Positions 18,609-27,623 of a stretch of 32,000 bases of DNA are shown one piece after another. Source of the stretch: Idiomarina loihiensis L2TR (lineage in GTDB: Bacteria > Pseudomonadota > Gammaproteobacteria > Enterobacterales > Alteromonadaceae); the NCBI RefSeq assembly GCF_000008465.1, contig NC_006512.1:360001-392000 (forward strand), in the 5' to 3' direction. A model generated the notes under the pieces. It was not told the DNA's origin, made no database searches, and was given only the letters and a program-made list of their open reading frames with translations. Position 1 is the first letter of the stretch. Every line of letters begins with the position of its first letter. Position numbers and translations under genes: made by a program.

Positions 18609-19643
18609 ATGCAAAGCTTAACAATTCCAAGACCTGATGACTGGCACCTGCATTTACGCGATGGTGCTATGTTACAAACAACCGTACCTGCAACTGCGGC
18701 AGTGTTTCATCGTGCTGTGGTTATGCCAAACCTGGTCCCCCCGGTAACAACCGTAGCGGCCGCTATGGAATATCGTGAGAGAATTTTGGCCGAGATCCCT
18801 GCTGGCATGAGTTTTAATCCGCTTATGGCTCTGTATCTTACGGCAGACACAACTCCTGCAGAAATTGCTGAAGCTGCTGCGAACGAGCATGTTATTGGCT
18901 TCAAGCTATATCCGTCAGGAGCCACCACAAATTCTGCCGCTGGAGTGAAGTCGGTAGAAGCTCTGGCTCCGGTACTGGCAGCTATGCAGGAGCATCAGGT
19001 ACCTTTGCTGGTGCATGGTGAAGTAACCGACAGCGACATCGATATCTTTGACCGCGAAAGAGTTTTTATTGAACGGCATTTAATTCCGATAACCGAGCGC
19101 TTCCCGCAGTTAAAGCTGGTGCTGGAGCATATAACCACCGCCGACGCGGTTAAGTTTGTTGAAAACGCCAACAGTAATGTCGCAGCCACAATGACCCCGC
19201 AACACTTACTGATGAACCGCAACGACTTGCTGGTCGGTGGTATTCGTCCACATAATTACTGTCTGCCAATTTTAAAACGTCGGTCACATCAACAAGCCTT
19301 GCAGCAGGCGGCCTTGTCCGGTAACCCTAAGTTTTTCCTCGGAACTGACTCAGCCCCGCATGTGCAGGCAAATAAAGAGACTGCTTGTGGTTGCGCGGGT
19401 TGTTATTCAGCTCCAGCAGCAATTGAGCTTTATGCCGAGTTTTTTAGCCAGCATAACGCGCTGGATAAATTGGCAAATTTTGCCAGTGTTTTTGGGGCTG
19501 ACTTTTATCAGTTACCCCGCAACACTGAGACCATTGAACTGGTTCAACAACCATGGACTGTTGCTGAAACGGTAGACACGGCAACAGGGCCTATGGTGCC
19601 TTATTGGGCAGGATCTGATTTGCAATGGAAACTGCGCGGTTAG
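18609..19643 (+). CDS. pyrC: Dihydroorotase (type II, PyrC)
   Basis: RPDDWHLHLRDG, VMPNLVPPVTT, KLYPSGATTNS and GTDSAPH are collinear with E. coli PyrC. ATG 18609 is preferred over the GTG at 18603. Confidence 0.95.
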   Translation: MQSLTIPRPDDWHLHLRDGAMLQTTVPATAAVFHRAVVMPNLVPPVTTVAAAMEYRERILAEIPAGMSFNPLMALYLTADTTPAEIAEAAANEHVIGFKLYPSGATTNSAAGVKSVEALAPVLAAMQEHQVPLLVHGEVTDSDIDIFDRERVFIERHLIPITERFPQLKLVLEHITTADAVKFVENANSNVAATMTPQHLLMNRNDLLVGGIRPHNYCLPILKRRSHQQALQQAALSGNPKFFLGTDSAPHVQANKETACGCAGCYSAPAAIELYAEFFSQHNALDKLANFASVFGADFYQLPRNTETIELVQQPWTVAETVDTATGPMVPYWAGSDLQWKLRG

Positions 19644-19773
19644 CCATTAAAGTTGTATTGCGACAAATGGGTTATGACGAAGATCATAAACTGTAGCGAA
19701 CCCACGCTTTTTCTGATGAGCTTTGCAAAGTTTCTGTTAACATGGTTGAAAATAAAATAAAGGATGTTGTTGA

Positions 19774-20685
19774 GTGCTAGGATTTTCAAAGCAAAAACAA
19801 AATGATCACCGTATTTGCTTTCAAATAACGCAAAACAGCGTCCGTCTTCTCGTTGCTAAAGGCTCTGCTAACGCCCCCGAATTAATAGTTAATGACTACG
19901 AGCCGGTGCAGCGAGGTTCGTTACTTAAGCACGCCGACACTCTTTTGGGTAAATATTCCCGCTTGTCGTTAAAGCATGCGCAAGTCACCCTGGTGTTGGG
20001 AACGGACTTATACGAGTCGGTTCAGGTGGACAGGCCCATGCTGGATCCGGAAGAAATTTCGGAGAGCTTAAAATACAGTTTAAGCGACTTAGTGTCCTTT
20101 GCGGCTGATGAAATCATTGCCGACTATTATGAGTTTCCGGAACAGCCATCCGGTCAGGATAAAGTGGTTGCAGTTGCGGCGAATAAAAGCGATTTAATGC
20201 CCTGGGTTGAGTTATTCGGTGAACATGACTTGAGCTTAACGGATATCGCCATTACTGAACTGACGTTACCGCGGTTAGCTGAAACTCAGAACCACGCTGA
20301 ACTCACTTTATACCAAAACCCTGCTGGCAATTATCTTGCACAAATTAATACCCCTAAAGGGCTTATGTTCACTCGTCTGTTGCGCGGTGTGACCGACGTT
20401 TCTAAATACACAGAGAGCGAAATAGAAGCTGGTGCTTTAGAACCTTTGGCTACAGAGTTACAGCGTTCGGTCGATTATTTCGAAAGTCATTTGCGACAGG
20501 CCCCCATTAGTCGGATTATTCTCGCCGTAGAACACATGAAGCCTGCCTCCCTTGAAAAGAGCCTGGCTGAGCTGTTAGCAGTAGAGTGCACTATGTATCA
20601 GTACCCACAATGGTCTGCTGACTTACGCGAGGGCGACTACTCCGATCTTGCTGGCTTAGGTGCGTTAGTTGAGGGCGATTTATGA
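19774..20685 (+). CDS. mshI: MSHA pilus biogenesis protein MshI (PilM-like cytoplasmic part), GTG start
   Basis: First gene of a collinear msh cluster. 303-aa soluble protein with no TM segment. The ATGA overlap with the next gene suggests translational coupling. Assigned mainly by position and size. Confidence 0.65.
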   Translation: MLGFSKQKQNDHRICFQITQNSVRLLVAKGSANAPELIVNDYEPVQRGSLLKHADTLLGKYSRLSLKHAQVTLVLGTDLYESVQVDRPMLDPEEISESLKYSLSDLVSFAADEIIADYYEFPEQPSGQDKVVAVAANKSDLMPWVELFGEHDLSLTDIAITELTLPRLAETQNHAELTLYQNPAGNYLAQINTPKGLMFTRLLRGVTDVSKYTESEIEAGALEPLATELQRSVDYFESHLRQAPISRIILAVEHMKPASLEKSLAELLAVECTMYQYPQWSADLREGDYSDLAGLGALVEGDL

Positions 20686-21290
20686 AGCAATGGGTAAATC
20701 TGTACCGCAACGAGCTGAAGCCTGTAAAGCAGAGGCTCACACTAACGAAGGTAAGTTCTGTTTTGGGCCTTTGGCTGGGGCTGTTACTCGTGGTGGTTGG
20801 GGTTACTCAGTGGCAAAAAGCAACGATTGTTCAAAAGAATGAACAGTTATCGGCGACACTAGAGTCACTCAATAGTGACTTGGCTAATAATCGCGAGAGA
20901 ATTTCTTTGCGGCAGCCAAGTCCGCAACTTCAGGCAGAAAAAGAGCAATTACAGCAAGAGTTGCAGGACGCCAGAAGTTTCAGTCAGCAAATTGCAGAGT
21001 TTCGTCAGAACCAGTCCTCATCCGTTAGTGAGTTTTTACATGAACTTGCAGAGATAACTCCGGAAGACATCTGGTTAACTGATTTTTCAATGTCTGGCGA
21101 GAATATCCGTTTACACGGGCAGGCGCTAAACAGTGAAGCCTTAGTGTTATGGATGGATAAGTTTGGTCAATCGGGGGTTCTGTCAGATAAGCGCTTTGCG
21201 GTTGTCGAGCTTAAGCGCAGCGAGCAAGGCTATCAGCAGTTTTTGCTGCAAAGCGTCAGAAGCAGCGAGGGCGAATCAAACAATGAATAA
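20682..21290 (+). CDS. PilN-like bitopic pilus assembly protein (MshI2-like, C-terminal half of fused MshI)
   Basis: Short cytoplasmic N-terminus (NLYRNELKP), one TM (VLGLWLGLLLVVVGV), then a coiled coil and a periplasmic domain. This is the PilN architecture. Confidence 0.6.
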   Translation: MKQWVNLYRNELKPVKQRLTLTKVSSVLGLWLGLLLVVVGVTQWQKATIVQKNEQLSATLESLNSDLANNRERISLRQPSPQLQAEKEQLQQELQDARSFSQQIAEFRQNQSSSVSEFLHELAEITPEDIWLTDFSMSGENIRLHGQALNSEALVLWMDKFGQSGVLSDKRFAVVELKRSEQGYQQFLLQSVRSSEGESNNE

Positions 21291-21918
21291 CTGGTGGTTA
21301 CGCGCACAAGAAGCCTTTAACTCTATGCCCGGGCGACAGCGAGCGCTGTTGTCACTGGCCGGTTTTTTAATGATTACTCTGCCGCTTATGAGCTACGTTA
21401 TTTTTCCAACGCTGGAACAGAACAAAATTCTTTCAGCGGAGAACCACCGTATAGCCTCTCAAATAGAGCAGTCTAAGCAATTAGCGCAGGACTTGCAGGC
21501 GCAGCTGGTTACTGACATAGATGCTCCGCTCAGAGCCGAAATCAAGCAGTTGAAGCAGCGCTTAGCTCAGGCAAAAGGCAATTTTTCAGAAAGCGAGGTT
21601 TTATTGCCCGCACAACAACGAAAGCAGTTTCTAAACAGTGTGTTACGTCATGCGTCGGAACTGGGAATGGACAGTTTGGAGGCTAAAGAGCCGACCGTCG
21701 TATTTGAAACCGGGTCTATTAAACTCTATCAGCATGCCGTACAGGTGGAGTTTACCGGGCGCTTTTTCGCTATATCCGACTTTGTCGATACACTGCAAAA
21801 AGAATACCCGAATGTCCAGTGGGCTCGCTTTGATTATCAGGTAGGTGACTACCCGACAGCGAAGGTAACGATAGTCTGGTATCTGCTAAGTACAGATAAG
21901 GAGTTTATCAGTGCTTAG
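21283..21918 (+). CDS. mshJ: MSHA biogenesis protein MshJ (PilO-like)
   Basis: ATG 21283 (MNNWWLRAQEAF...) overlaps the upstream stop by 8 nt. One TM (LLSLAGFLMITLPLMSYVIF), a coiled coil, then a periplasmic domain. The ORF-track 5' extension overlaps the preceding gene. Confidence 0.65.
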   Translation: MNNWWLRAQEAFNSMPGRQRALLSLAGFLMITLPLMSYVIFPTLEQNKILSAENHRIASQIEQSKQLAQDLQAQLVTDIDAPLRAEIKQLKQRLAQAKGNFSESEVLLPAQQRKQFLNSVLRHASELGMDSLEAKEPTVVFETGSIKLYQHAVQVEFTGRFFAISDFVDTLQKEYPNVQWARFDYQVGDYPTAKVTIVWYLLSTDKEFISA

Positions 21919-22252
21919 AGGAATTGTGTTGTTATTACTAATGGTCGCGGTCTCGGCTTTTTCGCAAGAGCGGGATCCTACCCAGCCGCCGTTTACAGTA
22001 AGTCAGCCCGCAGTGGAAATGGATAGTTGGGGACAGAATATAAAGCTGTCTCAAATTTTTTATTCAGAACAGAGGCAGTCAGCCCGTATTAACGGCGAAT
22101 GGGTTAAGCCTGGTGAAAATATTGATGGATTTCGGGTTAACTCAGTTAATCCAAACAGCGTTATTTTAGAGAAGAACAACGAAAGAGTAGAGATTACTTT
22201 GTTTAAGCCGATAAAGCAGAACGAGAAAGGCAATCCGGGGGCGGTACAATGA
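21911..22252 (+). CDS. mshK: MSHA biogenesis protein MshK (small secreted protein), GTG start
   Basis: Signal peptide MLRGIVLLLLMVAVSAFS|QE. 113 aa. AAGGAG 7 nt upstream of the GTG. Sits between the mshJ-like gene and the secretin gene. Confidence 0.6.
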   Translation: MLRGIVLLLLMVAVSAFSQERDPTQPPFTVSQPAVEMDSWGQNIKLSQIFYSEQRQSARINGEWVKPGENIDGFRVNSVNPNSVILEKNNERVEITLFKPIKQNEKGNPGAVQ

Positions 22253-23922
22253 AAAGAGTTGCAGCAGGAGCGTTATTGTTGGCACTGAGCGGCTGTGCCT
22301 ATCAACCGAGCTATTCTCCGGATGAAGCCAATAAAGCAATGAAGCCGGAAGCTTCTGGGAAGAAAGAAACAGAGGTAAAGAAAGAGCTGCCAGCAGAAGT
22401 CAGTAACTTCTTAAATCAGACGGCAAATAAAGAACAGGAAGACGGACTCGCCTTACTCGAGGAGCCTCGTTTTGTGTTGCAGGCCGATGATGTTGACGCG
22501 AAAGCCTTCTTTTATGGGTTAGCGGCAGATTCTCCTTATAATATTCTGGTACACCCCAATGTCAGTGGCGAAATCTCGCTAAGCCTTAAAGACGTGACTT
22601 TAGACGAGACGCTGGATGCTGTGCAGGATATGTATGGTTTTGAAGTTCGTCGTTCCGGCCGTACTATTCAAATATACCCTGCCGGGGTAAGAACTCAGAC
22701 GTTCTCGCTGGATTACCTGTCGCTTCGCCGTTTTGGAATGTCACAAACCGAGATTTCAGGTGGTGGTGTCAGTGAGGAGCGTAACAATAACAGAGGTTTA
22801 GGTAACAATTCAGGAAACAGCAACACCCGTGTAGAAGGCACTCCTCTGCTTGGTAATAGCGATGGTGAGTACCGTCGGGACAGTCAGCAGAATCAGTTGC
22901 AAGGCAACGGTTCCAGCATAAATACCCAGTCAGAGACCGACTTATGGGGCGGTTTAAAAGACGTTATTGAAGGCATTATTGGTGACGGTAATGTGGTGCT
23001 GTCGCCGCAGGCGGGTATTGTTAGTGTTACTGCTTCACCAAGTAAGCTGCGCGCTGTTGGTGATTTCATCACGGTTCTGGAATCTCGTCTGCAGCGTCAG
23101 GTTATTCTGGAAGCTCGTATTATTGAAGTAACTCTGAACGATGGCTATCAACAAGGGATAAACTGGAGTGATATTTATTCGGGGAATGCTGGCTTTGGTG
23201 TTGATTTCAACGGAGTAACTCCTAGCAATGCTACGTCAGCAGCTATCGGAGGTTTATTTGGACTTACCTATACTGACGACGGGAATAATTTCAGCGGAAT
23301 GATAGAAATGCTGCAGACTCAAGGTACGGTTCAGGTACTTTCCAACCCTCGCGTCAGTGCATCAAATAATCAAAAAGCCGTCATAAAAATTGGTGAAGAC
23401 GAATACTTCGTTACGGACGTTACCAGTCGCACGGTTCTGAATACAGGTGGTGCTTCATCGTCCGACTCAGATATAGAATTCACCCCATTTTTCTCAGGCA
23501 TTTCATTAGATGTTACTCCGCAAATTAGTGACGATGGTGAGGTGATTTTGCATGTGCATCCTTCAGTTGTTGAAACCAGTGAGCAAGAGAAAGTTATTAC
23601 CGTGTCAGGTGAAGAATCCGTGCTTCCTCTGGCTCGTAGCAATATTCGTGAGTCAGACACCATAGTAAAAGCTCGCAACGGTGAAATTGTGGTGCTGGGT
23701 GGTTTAATGCAAACCACCAACTCTGAAGAAGTGGGCAAAGTTCCGTTACTGGGTGACATCCCGTTGTTGGGCGAACTATTTACTAACCGTCGCAACCGCC
23801 AGGAAAAGAAAGAGCTGGTTATATTACTGAAACCGACTGTGGTGGGTGTTGATACCTGGCGCGATGAACTGAAACGATCTCGCGAACTGCTGCAAGAATG
23901 GTTCCCGGATATAGAGCAATAA
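22249..23922 (+). CDS. mshL: MSHA pilus secretin MshL (lipobox-containing)
   Basis: The C-terminal secretin domain includes VLSNPRVSASNNQKAVIKIG...VPLLGDIPLLGELF...ELVILLKPTVV. The N-terminal lipoprotein signal is LLLALSG|C. Confidence 0.9.
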   Translation: MKRVAAGALLLALSGCAYQPSYSPDEANKAMKPEASGKKETEVKKELPAEVSNFLNQTANKEQEDGLALLEEPRFVLQADDVDAKAFFYGLAADSPYNILVHPNVSGEISLSLKDVTLDETLDAVQDMYGFEVRRSGRTIQIYPAGVRTQTFSLDYLSLRRFGMSQTEISGGGVSEERNNNRGLGNNSGNSNTRVEGTPLLGNSDGEYRRDSQQNQLQGNGSSINTQSETDLWGGLKDVIEGIIGDGNVVLSPQAGIVSVTASPSKLRAVGDFITVLESRLQRQVILEARIIEVTLNDGYQQGINWSDIYSGNAGFGVDFNGVTPSNATSAAIGGLFGLTYTDDGNNFSGMIEMLQTQGTVQVLSNPRVSASNNQKAVIKIGEDEYFVTDVTSRTVLNTGGASSSDSDIEFTPFFSGISLDVTPQISDDGEVILHVHPSVVETSEQEKVITVSGEESVLPLARSNIRESDTIVKARNGEIVVLGGLMQTTNSEEVGKVPLLGDIPLLGELFTNRRNRQEKKELVILLKPTVVGVDTWRDELKRSRELLQEWFPDIEQ

Positions 23923-23932
23923 CTAAGGTAGT

Positions 23933-24841
23933 ATGTACTTATACCATTACGGCTTACGCGAACTGCCCTTTACGATAACGCCGAACACGCAGTTCTACTA
24001 CGACTTGAAAAGCCACCACGAGGCTTTTGAGGTGGTTTTAACGGCGTTAAAAACAGGGGAAGGTTTTATTAAAATTACCGGAGAGGTTGGAACCGGTAAA
24101 ACTCTGCTGTGCCGACGGTTATTAAATGACATCCCTGACTTTTTTAAAACCGCTTACATTCCAGACTCATACCTTGACCCGGCTGAACTGAGGCTGGCCA
24201 TTGCCCAGGAACTGGACCTGGAAACCGGACAAATGACCAACCAGCAGCAGCTGGCGCGGGCATTGCAACAACGCCTGCTGGATATTAACAAAAATGGGCA
24301 GGCCGTGGTGATACTCATTGATGAGGCACAGGCGCTGCCGGAAGAAAGTCTGGAAGCTTTGCGTTTATTATCCAACCTGGAAACTGAACGGCGTAAATTG
24401 GTGCATATTATTTTACTGGGTCAGCCGGAACTCGATGAGCGTTTATCACAAAAAGCTTTTAGGCAACTTCGTCAGCGAATCAGTTTTTCACATAAATTAA
24501 CTGCCATGAACGCGGATGAAACGGCCGAATATATTGCGCACCGTATGGATGTGGCCGGTTATCAGGGCACCCCGATATTCGACTGGAAGTTAGTCCGGCG
24601 GTTACATCGTTGCAGCCGTGGCGTACCCCGTTTAATTAACATGCTGTGTCATAAAATGCTGCTGCTGGCTTACGGAGAGGGACGTCATCAGTTGTCGACG
24701 CGGGATTTAAAGTTAGCGGTTAATGATACCGAAGATACAGAATTGACTCGCTCTGTATGGCTTCCCGTAACTGTGTCTGTGTGCGTATTTTTTCTGGCGG
24801 CAGCCGCGCTCAGTTATTGGCAAATGGGTGGTTCGCTATGA
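23933..24841 (+). CDS. mshM: MSHA biogenesis ATPase MshM (ExeA-like AAA+)
   Basis: Walker A GEVGTGKTLLCRR, Walker B VILIDEAQ, and a C-terminal TM anchor (WLPVTVSVCVFFLAAAALSYW). Confidence 0.8.
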   Translation: MYLYHYGLRELPFTITPNTQFYYDLKSHHEAFEVVLTALKTGEGFIKITGEVGTGKTLLCRRLLNDIPDFFKTAYIPDSYLDPAELRLAIAQELDLETGQMTNQQQLARALQQRLLDINKNGQAVVILIDEAQALPEESLEALRLLSNLETERRKLVHIILLGQPELDERLSQKAFRQLRQRISFSHKLTAMNADETAEYIAHRMDVAGYQGTPIFDWKLVRRLHRCSRGVPRLINMLCHKMLLLAYGEGRHQLSTRDLKLAVNDTEDTELTRSVWLPVTVSVCVFFLAAAALSYWQMGGSL

Positions 24842-25911
24842 GCGTTATTAATAAAGTTTTAAAAGATTTAGACCGTCGGGGGCAGCAGCCCTTCTCGAAA
24901 AGGGCGGCGAGTAGCGCCGTTGAGCGCCGCAGTAGTCATCGTTTAGGGTTATGGTTGCTGGCGCTGATGCTATTGATTGTTCTGGCCTTAGTGGTTTTTT
25001 GGTGGCAGTCGCGTTCAGAAAACACAATGACGGTAACGGAGAGCGAGCCGGCTGAAATGCCAAAACTGCAAGAGCGGGTCGAGCCATTCATTGATACTGC
25101 AGTGATAGAAGTGCCAGCTGAGCGCACCCCTCGCTCTGAAAGTGATTCACGGCAATCTAGTGAGATAGTATCACAAGACTTGGCTTCGGTTGTGATTCCG
25201 GAAACCGAACCGGAAAAGGTCGAAAAAACAGAACCCATGCCAGAAGAGCCTGTTGTTGCCACTAAAGAAACCGAAAACGAGGCGCAAAAAGGTGGTGAAT
25301 TTAGCAAGCAGCCTGTGCAGCTCTCGCCAGCAGAGATTTCCGCGCAACATATTGAGAAAGCACAAAAAGCTCAGCAACAGGGGCGTTTAACCTCGGCAGA
25401 AGATCATTGGCGTAAGGCGCTTGCTGTCACTCCTGAAAATAAAGAAGTCAGAAAAAAGCTGGCGGCTTTGCAGTTTGGCCGGAATAAGGTATCGCAGGCA
25501 TTAACAACGCTAGAAGCCGGTTTTAAACTGAATCCGGATGACTTTGAGTTTCGTCTGTTAAGTGCCCGAATCCTGGAAAAAGAAGCCCGGCCTGCCGCGG
25601 CGCTAAGCTTATTGAAGCAAGCGACACCGGATGCCGACGTCTATCCAGAGTATGTTCAGAAGCAGGCGCTGTTAGCTCAGGCGCAGGGAGACTACAAAGC
25701 TGCTGCTGACGCCTATCAGCGCCTGCTTGAGTCTGAACCTGAACAAGGCCGTTGGTATTTAGGTAAAGCCGTTGCGCAACAGGAGTTCGCGCCAGAAGCA
25801 GCTGTTGCCTCATACCAGGAAGCGTTTAAACGGATAAAGCATCAACCGACTCTGGATTTTATTGAACAGCAAATTACGTCTTTACAGGTAACTGAAGCAG
25901 GTGAGCAATGA
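24838..25911 (+). CDS. mshN: MSHA biogenesis protein MshN (TM anchor + acidic linker + TPR repeats)
   Basis: ATG 24838 (MSVINKVLKDLDRR) overlaps the mshM stop as ATGA. TM LGLWLLALMLLIVLALVVFWW. An E/P-rich linker follows. TPR-like repeats occupy the C-terminal half. Confidence 0.7.
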   Translation: MSVINKVLKDLDRRGQQPFSKRAASSAVERRSSHRLGLWLLALMLLIVLALVVFWWQSRSENTMTVTESEPAEMPKLQERVEPFIDTAVIEVPAERTPRSESDSRQSSEIVSQDLASVVIPETEPEKVEKTEPMPEEPVVATKETENEAQKGGEFSKQPVQLSPAEISAQHIEKAQKAQQQGRLTSAEDHWRKALAVTPENKEVRKKLAALQFGRNKVSQALTTLEAGFKLNPDDFEFRLLSARILEKEARPAAALSLLKQATPDADVYPEYVQKQALLAQAQGDYKAAADAYQRLLESEPEQGRWYLGKAVAQQEFAPEAAVASYQEAFKRIKHQPTLDFIEQQITSLQVTEAGEQ

Positions 25912-27623
25912 AGCGTCCTCGTCTTAAAATGCGGTTAGGCGATTTGCTTGTTCACGAGCAAATCATCAGTGAAGAACAACTGCAAAAGGCACTAGAGCAA
26001 CAGCGTATTAGCGGACGTAAGCTGGGCGCGACTTTAACCGATCTAGGCTATATCTCTGAGCAACAGTTACTCGAATTCCTGGCGCAGCAACTTAAACTGC
26101 CGCTTATCAGTATTTCTGAACGTAAAATTCCGGCTGAAGCTTTTAAATTGCTGCCCGAAGTTCAGGCGCGTCGGCATCGGGCGTTGGTTATAGAAGCCAG
26201 CGAAGAGCAGGCATTAGTGGGTATGAGTGACCCGGCCGACCTGTCCTCAATTGACGCCATTAATCAATTATTGGCTCCGCGCCAGGTTGAACTTGCCGTG
26301 GTTCCCGAAGGCGAGTTGATGCAGGCCTTTGATAACCTCTATCGACGCACCAAAGAAATTGAAACCTTCGCCAGTCAGCTGCAGGACGAATACGAAGATA
26401 CCAGTGAGTTTGAGCTGGGGCAGTTAAGCCTCGATGACGATACTGATGAAGCCACGGTGGCTAAATTACTGCAGTCCATTTTTGAGGATGCGGTGCAAGT
26501 TCGAGCCTCGGATATTCACATAGAGCCGGACGACCGTAAATTACGGATTCGCCAACGTGTGGACGGTGTATTGCAGGAAAATGTGCTGGAAGAAACCAAC
26601 ATTGCCAATGCGCTGGTGTTACGTCTGAAGCTTATGGCCGGGCTGGATATTTCTGAACGACGCCTGCCGCAGGACGGCCGGTTTAATATTAAAATTCGCA
26701 AACACAGTATCGACGTGCGGGTATCAACCATGCCGGTGCAATACGGCGAGTCCTGCGTGTTGCGTCTGCTGGACCAATCTGCCGGGCTGTTGTCGCTGGA
26801 ACAAACCGGTATGCCTGCTTCTATTGTTAAGCGTATACGGGCTTTAATTAAACGTCCGCATGGCATGTTGCTGGTAACTGGGCCTACCGGTTCGGGTAAA
26901 ACCACAACGCTTTATGGTGCACTTAGTGAGCTGAATACCGAAGGCAAAAAGGTGATTACGGTTGAAGACCCGGTTGAGTACCGCTTGCCGCGTATTTCGC
27001 AAGTGCAGGTGAACAGTAAAATTGGGTTGGATTTCTCGCGGGTTCTGCGCACTACTTTACGTCAGGATCCGGACATTATTATGGTCGGTGAGATGCGCGA
27101 CCACGAAACGGTTGAAATTGGTTTGCGCGGCTCTATTACCGGTCATTTAGTTTTATCTACTCTGCATACCAACGATGCCATTACCAGTGCCATGCGCCTG
27201 ATTGACATGGGCGCACCGCCGTATTTGGTCGCTGCTGCGTTGCGAGGCATATTAGCTCAGCGCCTGGTGCGCCGGGTATGCGATAAATGTGCAGAGAGTT
27301 ACCAGCCGGATGAAGCCGAAAGTCAGTGGCTGGAGCATTTACGTGAGGGTAGCTCGGACTATTCTTTTAAACGCGGAGTTGGTTGCCAGACATGCAACCA
27401 TACCGGCTACCGTGGGCGCATAGGTGTGTTTGAACTGCTGGAAATGAATACGCCAATGATGGATGCTTTGCGTGATGGTAATACGCGAGAGTTTGCAATA
27501 GCTGCGAAAGCGCATCCGGGTTATCAGTCTATGGCCACGGTTGCACTGGATTATGCCCGTGAAGGTATTACCAGCGTCGACGAAGTCTTGTTTCTGGCTG
27601 AAAGTGTTGAGGACAGTATCTGA
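25908..27623 (+). CDS. mshE: MSHA pilus extension ATPase MshE (GspE/PilB family with N-terminal MshEN c-di-GMP-binding domain)
   Basis: Walker A GPTGSGKTTT, Asp box, Walker B IIMVGEMRD, His box LSTLHTND, tetracysteine CDKC...CQTC, and tandem MshEN motifs at the N-terminus. Confidence 0.93.
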   Translation: MKRPRLKMRLGDLLVHEQIISEEQLQKALEQQRISGRKLGATLTDLGYISEQQLLEFLAQQLKLPLISISERKIPAEAFKLLPEVQARRHRALVIEASEEQALVGMSDPADLSSIDAINQLLAPRQVELAVVPEGELMQAFDNLYRRTKEIETFASQLQDEYEDTSEFELGQLSLDDDTDEATVAKLLQSIFEDAVQVRASDIHIEPDDRKLRIRQRVDGVLQENVLEETNIANALVLRLKLMAGLDISERRLPQDGRFNIKIRKHSIDVRVSTMPVQYGESCVLRLLDQSAGLLSLEQTGMPASIVKRIRALIKRPHGMLLVTGPTGSGKTTTLYGALSELNTEGKKVITVEDPVEYRLPRISQVQVNSKIGLDFSRVLRTTLRQDPDIIMVGEMRDHETVEIGLRGSITGHLVLSTLHTNDAITSAMRLIDMGAPPYLVAAALRGILAQRLVRRVCDKCAESYQPDEAESQWLEHLREGSSDYSFKRGVGCQTCNHTGYRGRIGVFELLEMNTPMMDALRDGNTREFAIAAKAHPGYQSMATVALDYAREGITSVDEVLFLAESVEDSI

